64,000 nt of DNA, taken from positions 60,703 to 124,702 of the forward strand of contig JAYSQD010000111.1 of NCBI GenBank assembly GCA_043721835.1, given 5' to 3'. How positions within the stretch are numbered: position 1 is the stretch's first letter; each line of letters begins with the position of its first letter. This document shows positions 57,014-64,000 of the stretch, in pieces. The notes under the pieces were generated by a model. It was not told the DNA's origin. It was given only the letters and a program-made list of their open reading frames with translations, and did not search any database. The stretch is from Arenimonas sp. (GTDB lineage Bacteria > Pseudomonadota > Gammaproteobacteria > Xanthomonadales > Xanthomonadaceae). Both the position numbers and the translations under genes were made by a program.

Positions 57014-57240
57014 TTACTCTCTCTCCAACGTCAGAGTTCATTGACTCATGTGAGTTCTAGGATAAAGCCTCGGGGTGACTGTCCGGTTTTGGTCAGGTAC
57101 CCTGGCTCAGCGAGCATAACGCAATTTTTACGTAGTGCCAAACCCGTAAAGAGGGGGTAAAGCGTGCGTTACTAGTCAAATCGAGAAATTGTCTGGTGTA
57201 AAAATTCTAATTTCTATTTTTTATCTTTATTTTCAGCAAC

Positions 57241-58158
57241 TTACTTCAGCTCAATAGCAATGTCGCCCGACATAGTATTGAGGTCAATGCGGGCTTTACC
57301 CTCGCCCAAACGAGCATTGAGACTTTGACCGGGCCCATACTCTTCCTTAACAACTTTGCCGATTGCGCTGGAAATGTCACCGCTGAAGCTTTCGACCTTA
57401 AATTGGGCCGAGCTGGTTTTAGGAAGCGCGAGGTGTAAATCACCACTGACGGAGTCCATTTCGACTCGACCGTCATTGGCTAAGCTAGTCTGGAAGCGGC
57501 CGTCGCCCGACACCGAGTTGAAATGCAGTTGATTCAACACTGGGGTATCGAGCTCTACATTGCCTGAAACGGTTTCAATATCCACACGGCCATTGAGATG
57601 CCCCAGCATTTTCATATCGCCGCTAACGGTATTGACGCTGACTTGCGAGCTGGTGAGCTTCAAGCTGACGTTGCCGCTGACACTTTCTACCGTCAGCTTT
57701 CCGGGCGATGAGGCGAGTACGCTGCTATCGCCACTCACACTATTAATGCTCATGCGCGGAGCGGCACTGCCCTGCACGTCGATATTGGCGCTGACGGCTT
57801 CCAGTGCCAGCGCTGCCTTGACTGGCACCATCAGCTCCAAGCGGGTCTCTTGTTTTACATTGATGCCGCCGCCCCAGTTGAACCAACCACCCTTGCGTTC
57901 CGGGTATTTCACTTTGATGTGCAGGCTGCGGGCATCGCCTTCAATAATCAATTTTTCGGCGCCCTCGCCCAGGGAGCCGGTGATTTGTACTTTGGCTTCG
58001 TTCCACACGCGTACTTTGATCAGGCCGCTAATGTTTTCTACCTTGATTTCGCCGTCGGCATTCAATGCACGGGTTTGATTGATAGGAGTGGCGGCCAATG
58101 AAAGCAGCGGGAACGCTGCAAAAGCGATAGCCAATAAAAATGTTTGATAAGTTTTCAT
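57241..58158 (-). CDS. DUF4097-type beta-strand repeat protein (putative adhesin fold), secreted
   Basis: 305 aa with a signal peptide and repeated V/I-S-G-D/N-[IVM] strands (SVSGDSSV, SVSGNVSL, TVSGDMKM, TVSGNVEL, SVSGDGRF, SVSGDLHL, SFSGDISS, TMSGDIAI). Confidence 0.75.
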   Translation of the reverse strand: MKTYQTFLLAIAFAAFPLLSLAATPINQTRALNADGEIKVENISGLIKVRVWNEAKVQITGSLGEGAEKLIIEGDARSLHIKVKYPERKGGWFNWGGGINVKQETRLELMVPVKAALALEAVSANIDVQGSAAPRMSINSVSGDSSVLASSPGKLTVESVSGNVSLKLTSSQVSVNTVSGDMKMLGHLNGRVDIETVSGNVELDTPVLNQLHFNSVSGDGRFQTSLANDGRVEMDSVSGDLHLALPKTSSAQFKVESFSGDISSAIGKVVKEEYGPGQSLNARLGEGKARIDLNTMSGDIAIELK

Positions 58159-58166
58159 ACTATTTC

Positions 58167-58664
58167 CTAGGAAAAATGGGGAGCCATTGCACGTTGGGTC
58201 AACTGCAATCGCTGTAAATAGGTACGACGCAACATGGGGATGAGATAAAGTGATTGTGGACTTTGATTCAAGGCTTGGCGGAGTTTGTTGGCGGAGTTAT
58301 CAAGCAAGGCCAAATCCATTTTTACTTCAGGTGCTAATTCGACGGTCGAAAATTCTTTCAGCGCTGCCTGGTATTCGGTATCCATGGCTTTAACTTGGGT
58401 CGAGACCACCTGCGCTTCGATGGTGTTCGGTGTACTTAATGGCTGCCCTGAAAACAAAGGCAATGCGATGACCGCCACCAATGCCAAGCTCGCCGCCATG
58501 GCAAAACTCGACCACGGCCAGTATTTTTTTTGCCTTGAGGTATTTTGAATACTCGCCTCAATACCCGACCACAGATCGCGCTCCAAGCCGCGTTCTTTTG
58601 GAAGGCCGCGAAGCTGCAAGCGAAGCTCGGCATCATTTATTTGACTGTGGTGGTTTTTATTCAC
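58167..58664 (-). CDS. Putative anti-sigma factor (single-pass membrane protein)
   Basis: 165 aa with a central TM segment (WSSFAMAASLALVAVIALPLF). It overlaps the ECF sigma gene by 8 nt. The call is positional. Confidence 0.55.
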   Translation of the reverse strand: MNKNHHSQINDAELRLQLRGLPKERGLERDLWSGIEASIQNTSRQKKYWPWSSFAMAASLALVAVIALPLFSGQPLSTPNTIEAQVVSTQVKAMDTEYQAALKEFSTVELAPEVKMDLALLDNSANKLRQALNQSPQSLYLIPMLRRTYLQRLQLTQRAMAPHFS

Positions 58665-59262
58665 GATAAGCTCCTAATTTTTCGCGCAATAGACTTCTAG
58701 CGCGGTGCAATTGCGCTTTTGAACTGCCCACCGCCATATCGCAATATTCCGCAATGGCTTCGTGGGTCCAGCCTTCAATATCAAATAACACCAGCACCGC
58801 ACGGGCACGTGGCGGCAAACTGCTGACGGCCCGTTCCAGATCCATTTGCATACGGGTTTGATGACTCGCGGTATCGGTACTTCGCTCGAACTCCAAAACG
58901 CTATCGTCTTGTTCCAGATCTTCGGTGCCTTTACGTGAACGCAATTGCATCAAAGCAATATTTACCGCCAGACGATGCAGCCAGGTAGAGAACGCGCTTT
59001 CATAACGAAAACTCGGCAAAGACTGCCAGGCTTTGACGAAAGCTTCCTGCAAACAATCTTCGGCACGCGCTTGCTGGCCGCCACACAAACGCCAGATTAC
59101 CGACATCAAGCGCTTGGAATGTTTTCGATACAGTTGCTCGAAGGCTTTTTGATCACCACCGCTCGCCGCCCGCACCAGAACGAAATCGTCTTCGCGTGCA
59201 TCCGCAAACGATTCGGTATGAAGGGCGTCAATCATGGTCATGGCGGCATTGAGCATAAACAC
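58657..59262 (-). CDS. ECF-subfamily RNA polymerase sigma-70 factor
   Basis: Region 2 reads FEQLYRKHSKRLMSVIWRL...AEDCLQEAFVKAW. Region 4 reads LPPRARAVLVLFDIEGWTHEAIAEYCDMAVGSSKAQLHRAR. Confidence 0.9.
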   Translation of the reverse strand: MFMLNAAMTMIDALHTESFADAREDDFVLVRAASGGDQKAFEQLYRKHSKRLMSVIWRLCGGQQARAEDCLQEAFVKAWQSLPSFRYESAFSTWLHRLAVNIALMQLRSRKGTEDLEQDDSVLEFERSTDTASHQTRMQMDLERAVSSLPPRARAVLVLFDIEGWTHEAIAEYCDMAVGSSKAQLHRARSLLREKLGAYRE

Positions 59263-59363
59263 TCTGATGCCGGAATGCAGCCAATGGTTTAAAGCTGATA
59301 CTTCGAATTAATCAATGGCGTGCGGGTGTGGGCTATTGGAGCTTAGCCATAAATTTAACCCTT

Positions 59364-59493
59364 AGGACCGCTCACGAGCGCGATAGGCCTGCGACGCAAA
59401 CAAATAGTTCGTTATCCACGCTTACATCAGGAAGACGTTCTATTTTATTGATATCGCAGATTCAAGATCTATCGCGCTCGTGAGCGCTCCTAT
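59364..59493. repeat. Inverted pair of REP elements (BIME-like)
   Basis: aggaccGCTCACGAGCGCGATAGg (59364-59387) and its near-perfect reverse complement cTATCGCGCTCGTGAGCgctcct (59469-59491) are separated by ~80 nt. The distal copy overlaps the stop codon of the deacetylase gene. Confidence 0.8.
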
Positions 59494-60389
59494 GCGAAAC
59501 TCGCTGCCAGTTGCACGGTTTGCGCGTGGATATCGGCAATATGCTCCACTTGCGGGCAATAGCCACCGGCCATGGAAACGGCCATTGGCAAGTTTGCCCG
59601 ATGGCAAGTCTGCATAACGAAACGATCGCGATGCGCCAAACCGAGCTTGCTCAATGATAGATAGCCCAGGCGATCATCTTCGTAAGGATCGGCACCGGCC
59701 AGATAAATCACGGCATCGGGTTCTGCTCGCTCAATGGCAATGGGCAGATACTGCGCCAAGCTGTCTAGGTATTCGGCATCGCCGGTGTGATTGCGCAGCG
59801 ATACATCAAGATCAGAATTAGGCTTGATAGCGGGGTAATTTTTTTCTGCATGCATTGAAAAAGTAAAAATACTGGCATCGTCCCGACATAATTCAGCGGT
59901 GCCATTACCTTGATGTACATCTAGATCAACGATTAATATTTTTTTGGCCAGTTTTTTTGCCTGCACATGGCGGGCGGCAACGACGCTGTCATTGAAAACA
60001 CAATAACCACCGCCGCGATCATAGGCAGCGTGATGCGTACCACCGGCAAGATTCACCGAAATTTTATCACCTTGAATCGCTGACTCGAGTGCTTGCATGG
60101 TGGCGCCGGATGACCGGCGCGTGCGCTCAACCATTTGTGCCGACCATGGGAATCCAATCCGCCGCATTTCCTGTTCGCTCGGATTACCCACACTCATTCG
60201 TTGAATGTAATCGGGACAATGCACACGCAACAAATCTTCGTCGCTTGCAGCGACCGGCTCGATCAAATCGATATTCCATAGCGTTGCATTTTGTTTTACC
60301 CGCTCGTAAAGCAAGCGGTATTTGTCCATTGGAAAGCTGTGGCCTTCGGGCAATGGCAATACAAAGTGGTGGCAGTAGTAGGCTTTCAT
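59490..60389 (-). CDS. Histone deacetylase-family (AcuC/Aph-like) deacetylase
   Basis: The likely start is Met 60389 (MKAYYCHHFVLPLPEGHSFPMDKY). The motifs are GGTHHA, DLDVHQGNG and MAGGY. The 74 codons upstream (to 60611) overlap pckG and REP sequence and are discounted. Confidence 0.88.
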   Translation of the reverse strand: MKAYYCHHFVLPLPEGHSFPMDKYRLLYERVKQNATLWNIDLIEPVAASDEDLLRVHCPDYIQRMSVGNPSEQEMRRIGFPWSAQMVERTRRSSGATMQALESAIQGDKISVNLAGGTHHAAYDRGGGYCVFNDSVVAARHVQAKKLAKKILIVDLDVHQGNGTAELCRDDASIFTFSMHAEKNYPAIKPNSDLDVSLRNHTGDAEYLDSLAQYLPIAIERAEPDAVIYLAGADPYEDDRLGYLSLSKLGLAHRDRFVMQTCHRANLPMAVSMAGGYCPQVEHIADIHAQTVQLAASFA

Positions 60390-60419
60390 GGATGCTGGTT
60401 TATATCCGGCGTATTCGTA

Positions 60420-60500
60420 CCCTCTCCCGCCCCTGCGGGGCACCCTCTGATGAAACCCCTCCCTGCGGGATCCCAGAGGGAGAGGGAGTAGATCCCTTCG
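60420..60500. repeat. Cluster of short GC hairpins / REP-like element between pckG and the deacetylase gene
   Basis: The outer pair ccctctccc (60420-60428) and gggagaggg (60478-60486) encloses gcccc-tgc-ggggc and tccc-tgc-ggga. These are followed by gtagatccc-ttc-gggagctac. Confidence 0.6.
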
Positions 60501-60507
60501 GGAGCTA

Positions 60508-62256
60508 CTACGCCAGTTGCTTCGCAATCTTCGCCTGCTCATCCAACAAGGCTTTCGGCGTGCGGTCGCCGTAGCTTTGCAAATATTCGCCAACGGCTTC
60601 CATTTCTTCATACCAGTCTTCGCGGTTCACTTCTAACAGTTGGTTCAATGCGGCAGCATCAAGATTCAAACCTTCGATATTCAAATCACTCGCATTAGGC
60701 AAGTTGCCGATGGGTGTTTCGTTCGCGGCAGCTTGGCCAGTCACGCGTTTCAACATCCATTCCAGCACGCGAAGATTATCGCCAAAGCCCGGCCACATAA
60801 ATTTGCCATCGCTATTTTTGCGAAACCAGTTGACGTGGAAAATTTTCGGTAACTTCGCACCGGGCTTATCGAAACTCAGCCAGTGTGAAAAATAATCGGC
60901 AAAGTTATAACCGGCAAACGGTTTCATTGCCATTGAATCGCGACGTACTATGCCCACCGCACCAGTGGCAGCTGCGGTGGTTTCCGATGCCATTGAAGCG
61001 CCGACTAAAACGCCGTGCGTCCAGTTGCGGGCTTCAAATACTAATGGCACTAATGATTCGCGACGACCGCCAAAAACGATGGCCGATAAAGGCACCCCCT
61101 GCGGGTCTTCGGCCTTATCGGTATAGCTCGGGCAATGCTTTGCCGACACCGTAAAGCGCGAATTGGGATGCGCGGCCGGGCCGTTGGCCTTGTCGTAATC
61201 GCGACCCTGCCAATCTTTCACTGGCACGCCGTCTGGCAAACCTTCCCACCAAGGTTGATTATCGGCAGTCAAACCGACATTGGTGAAAATTGCATCCTGG
61301 TTCAACATCGCTAACGCGTTCGGATTTGTTTTTGCACTTGTACCCGGTGCAACACCAAAATAACCGGCTTCGGGGTTGATCGCATACAAACGACCATCGG
61401 CACCGGGACGCATCCAGCAAATATCGTCGCCAACGGTCCAGACTTTCCAGCCGTCTTTTTTGTAACCGTCGGGCGGAATCAGCATTGCAAGATTGGTTTT
61501 ACCGCAGGCGCTCGGGAATGCGGCGGCGATATAATGGGTTTCAGCTTTTGGATTTTCGATACCGACGATCAGCATGTGCTCGGCCAACCAACCTTCGGTA
61601 CGAGCTTGGTAGGAAGCAATACGCAACGCATGGCATTTTTTGCCCAGCAAGGCATTGCCACCGTAACCGGAACCAAAACTTTGAATCGATAGTTCTTCGG
61701 GGAAATGCATGATGAAACGACGATCAGGATTTAAATCACCAATCGAATGCAAACCCTTGACGAAACTGCCCTCACGTTCAATTCGTTTCAATGCCGCATC
61801 ACCCATGCGGGTCATGATGCGCATATTGGCGACTACATACGGACTATCGGTAATTTCAACACCGCAACGTGCGAGCGGCGAATCCATCGGGCCCATGCAA
61901 TAAGGCACGATGTACATCGTGCGGCCACGCATGCAACCGGCATATAAGTCAGCCATTTTGGCCTGCGCATCGGCGGGTGCCATCCAATGATTGTTGGGAC
62001 CGGCGTCTTCTTTGTTTGAAGTGCAGACAAAGGTCAGATGTTCAACACGCGCAACATCGGACGGACTTGAACGATGAAGGAAACAATTGGGATGGGTTTG
62101 TTCGTTGAGCTTGATCAGATCGCCAGTAGTCAGCATCAAATCGACCAAGGATTTGTATTCGGCTTCGGTACCATCGCACCAGTGAATATTCTCGGGCTGA
62201 GTTAAACAAGCGACAGATTCGACCCACGAGTTAAGCGCGGCAAGTTGGCTGGCCAT
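60508..62256 (-). CDS. pckG: Phosphoenolpyruvate carboxykinase (GTP)
   Basis: The likely start is Met 62256 (MASQLAALNSWV). It has GTP-PEPCK motifs such as FPSACGKTN and WMRPG. Confidence 0.93.
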   Translation of the reverse strand: MASQLAALNSWVESVACLTQPENIHWCDGTEAEYKSLVDLMLTTGDLIKLNEQTHPNCFLHRSSPSDVARVEHLTFVCTSNKEDAGPNNHWMAPADAQAKMADLYAGCMRGRTMYIVPYCMGPMDSPLARCGVEITDSPYVVANMRIMTRMGDAALKRIEREGSFVKGLHSIGDLNPDRRFIMHFPEELSIQSFGSGYGGNALLGKKCHALRIASYQARTEGWLAEHMLIVGIENPKAETHYIAAAFPSACGKTNLAMLIPPDGYKKDGWKVWTVGDDICWMRPGADGRLYAINPEAGYFGVAPGTSAKTNPNALAMLNQDAIFTNVGLTADNQPWWEGLPDGVPVKDWQGRDYDKANGPAAHPNSRFTVSAKHCPSYTDKAEDPQGVPLSAIVFGGRRESLVPLVFEARNWTHGVLVGASMASETTAAATGAVGIVRRDSMAMKPFAGYNFADYFSHWLSFDKPGAKLPKIFHVNWFRKNSDGKFMWPGFGDNLRVLEWMLKRVTGQAAANETPIGNLPNASDLNIEGLNLDAAALNQLLEVNREDWYEEMEAVGEYLQSYGDRTPKALLDEQAKIAKQLA

Positions 62257-62365
62257 AGGATGCTCTTGAAAAAGTAGAAAAAAGAATGCGCGATGCAATA
62301 GAAATATTGTAACCGGAGTGTCGTAATTTTCTTATATGTAGTTTTGCTACATCGCTAGTCATTAC

Positions 62366-63109
62366 TCAGGTACTTTTTCGCCGCAATTGATCAAACAACT
62401 GTAAGGACCATGGACGTTGCGCAAGTACAAGGCTCACACCTACACGCTGTGCCGTCGGTAAAACAGCGTCTTGCACCAGCATGCTGTCGAATTCTTCAGC
62501 CGCTTCTTCAAGCCGCAAACCAATCTTGGCTGCCGATGCCGGCGAAATCATGCCGCTAAGCAAAAGAAGATGCTCATGTGCACCCAAAAATGGTCGATTA
62601 AAATATTCGGGCAATAAGCGCTTTAAAAAAAAGCGCTCCATCGGGCCGTCTTTACGCCACCGAAAATTACGAGCGGTACGCAAGCGATAACGGTTTTCAG
62701 GCAATAACTCAATCACACCAAACCGATCCAGTTTCGCCAGAACGCCAATCCATTGCGGCTTGGTAAAATCGTATCGAACCAATACATCTTCTTCTTTCCA
62801 GCGATTTAAAGTCAGATAAAGACCCAATAAATAAGGCGGATTATCGACCAGAAGCTGCTCGGTTTCTTCACTTAATTCCGCCAAAGGTGGCGGCCCACCA
62901 CTTTTGGTTTCGGTCGCTAATTCCGATAAACCAACATCCAGTACCGCGCAGACTTCTTCAAGACGAGCCAAACTAATCGCCTGCTGCGAGAACATGCGCT
63001 TGACCGCCGCCTCACTTAAATTAAGTTGCTTGGCCAAGGCCGCATAGGTAATGCCCTGGGCTTTCAATAAGCGCTTCAGCGCGGCAATTAGTTCAATGCG
63101 TAAGCTCAT
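62366..63109 (-). CDS. XRE-family HTH transcriptional regulator with a C-terminal uncharacterised domain
   Basis: The likely start is Met 63109 (MSLRIELIAALKRLLKAQGITYAALAKQLNLSEAAVKRMFS). The ORF is open to 63259. Confidence 0.75.
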   Translation of the reverse strand: MSLRIELIAALKRLLKAQGITYAALAKQLNLSEAAVKRMFSQQAISLARLEEVCAVLDVGLSELATETKSGGPPPLAELSEETEQLLVDNPPYLLGLYLTLNRWKEEDVLVRYDFTKPQWIGVLAKLDRFGVIELLPENRYRLRTARNFRWRKDGPMERFFLKRLLPEYFNRPFLGAHEHLLLLSGMISPASAAKIGLRLEEAAEEFDSMLVQDAVLPTAQRVGVSLVLAQRPWSLQLFDQLRRKST

Positions 63110-63219
63110 AAGTAGCGCTTTTGAATACGTTAGAGGGAATAAGCCTAGCCTTTGTCTAATAAATTTGCGAGTTTTTGCGTTCGGGCTAGCTTTGGGAACC
63201 TCGGAAATCCGGAGACCCC

Positions 63220-63627
63220 ATGAAAACGACCCTACTTCTATCCATGCTGATATTCGCACTACCCGTGCACGCCGAACCTCAATCAGACACGCCTAGCCAA
63301 GCCTCTGCTATTTCCCTAGCACCTTCGGTTGAATTAGCGGCGATTGGCTTGCAGGCGATTCCGGCCGGATCACGTTTAATCGTAAGATCACTGCGGCCCG
63401 TCGGCGAGTTGGTTGAAGTGTTGGCCATTAGTGTTGCGACCGGTGCTTCGATTGTATTGCATATAGGTTCCGAGGCTTTAAAAGTTAGTGGACTCGTTAT
63501 TGGTGGCGCATTGGTAGTCACCGTTGTTAGCGCGGGATTTTTATTGATGGCCGGTAGCGAAGCCGTTGCATTTATACCCAATGATAGTTGCCGTTCGCAT
63601 ATTCACCACCGGAATTTATCGCGATGA
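63220..63627 (+). CDS. Small secreted/membrane hypothetical protein
   Basis: 135 aa with the signal peptide MKTTLLLSMLIFALPVHA and a C-terminal hydrophobic segment (LVIGGALVVTVVSAGFLLMAG). It is divergent from the XRE gene. Confidence 0.5.
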   Translation: MKTTLLLSMLIFALPVHAEPQSDTPSQASAISLAPSVELAAIGLQAIPAGSRLIVRSLRPVGELVEVLAISVATGASIVLHIGSEALKVSGLVIGGALVVTVVSAGFLLMAGSEAVAFIPNDSCRSHIHHRNLSR

Positions 63628-64000
63628 AACGCCTATTAATTATTTTCACGCTTATTTACTGCCAGCCGGTTTTTGCAGGCATCCAATGTTCGGAAAAAAC
63701 CGCTAGTCCGCGAGCATTGGCGACAGCAGCTGAATCGGCGCAACGGGTACTTAAGCAGCTTGAAAAAAATCCGGCTTCGGTTGCACTACTGGCACGTCAC
63801 GGCACCAATCTGGACAAATACGGATTGCATTATTCACATGTGGGTTTTGTTGTTCGTGACCATCAAGACGGCAAATGGACCGTTGTGCATTTATTAAATC
63901 AATGTGGCTCATCGCGATCTGATATTTATGCACAAGGCTTAGTCAATTTTTTCATGGACGATTTGCAAAGCCAGGACGTACGAATCGTCTGGCTCAAACC
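63624..64000 (+). CDS. DUF2145-like secreted protein, 3'-truncated by the window end
   Basis: This frame is not in the ORF track because it runs off the window. The ATG at 63624 overlaps the previous stop (ATGA). My translation is MKRLLIIFTLIYCQPVFAGIQCSEK...LARHGTNLDKYGLHYSHVGFVVRDHQDGKWTVVHLLNQCGSSRSDIYAQGLVNFFMDD, a pattern I associate with DUF2145. Confidence 0.6.
   Translation, partial: MKRLLIIFTLIYCQPVFAGIQCSEKTASPRALATAAESAQRVLKQLEKNPASVALLARHGTNLDKYGLHYSHVGFVVRDHQDGKWTVVHLLNQCGSSRSDIYAQGLVNFFMDDLQSQDVRIVWLK

Noticed and set aside
57068-57115. Possible TPP or cobalamin riboswitch in the leader of the TonB-dependent receptor gene
   Set aside because: On the plus strand the segment contains CTCGGGGTG and CAGCG. 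On the minus strand it contains CTGAG and ACCTGA. No single strand carries the full THI-box arrangement, and I found no B12 box. It most likely forms an unrelated imperfect hairpin.
60390-60611. N-terminal extensions of several ORF-track entries: deacetylase to 60611, pckG to 62298, XRE to 63259, arsR from 46542, arsC from 46858, mtgA to 48877, cytochrome b561 from 35768, yceI from 36352, TPR-sulfotransferase from 51954, and the membrane protein from 43770
   Set aside because: The extensions overlap neighbouring genes or REP elements and encode Arg-rich or otherwise atypical sequence. Internal Met or Val codons give products that begin where family conservation begins.

Overview
64-kb chromosomal window from a moderate-GC gammaproteobacterium. 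The taxon is inferred from gene content only: pilMNOPQ divergent from mrcA, plus tkt, prfC, hslO, GTP-type pckG and several REP-like palindrome families. About 75% is ordinary core genome: transporters, type IV pilus assembly, PBP1A, two-component and c-di-GMP signalling, YceI/cytochrome b561, sdaA, an ars operon, mtgA, a TonB-dependent receptor and an ECF sigma operon. No rRNA, tRNA, CRISPR array, transposase, integrase or phage gene was recognised. Two patches look accessory. (1) Positions 1-14.4 kb hold a 5'-truncated OmpA-domain protein with PPKKDD spacer arrays. It is followed by four large proteins sharing one ~210-240-aa N-terminal head: a polar leader, a CxCGGxCxxC knuckle and a DUF4157-type HExxH zincin. 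Their C-terminal tails are unrelated: a glycine-zipper membrane module, a YkuD plus peptidase-C15-like pair, an HNH-like tip with a small downstream ORF, and a DUF4329/JAB-like domain. The patch also contains a head-less deaminase cassette interrupted by one in-frame TAG, and a decayed duplicate of the flanking gfa gene. This is polymorphic-toxin logic built on a DUF4157 head, with no delivery apparatus visible in the window, and it is my main candidate for an undescribed system. (2) Positions 49.8-54.1 kb hold a secreted beta-rich protein, two sulfotransferase-like genes (one fused to TPR repeats) and a decayed third copy. All domain calls come from motif recognition by eye, not from searches.
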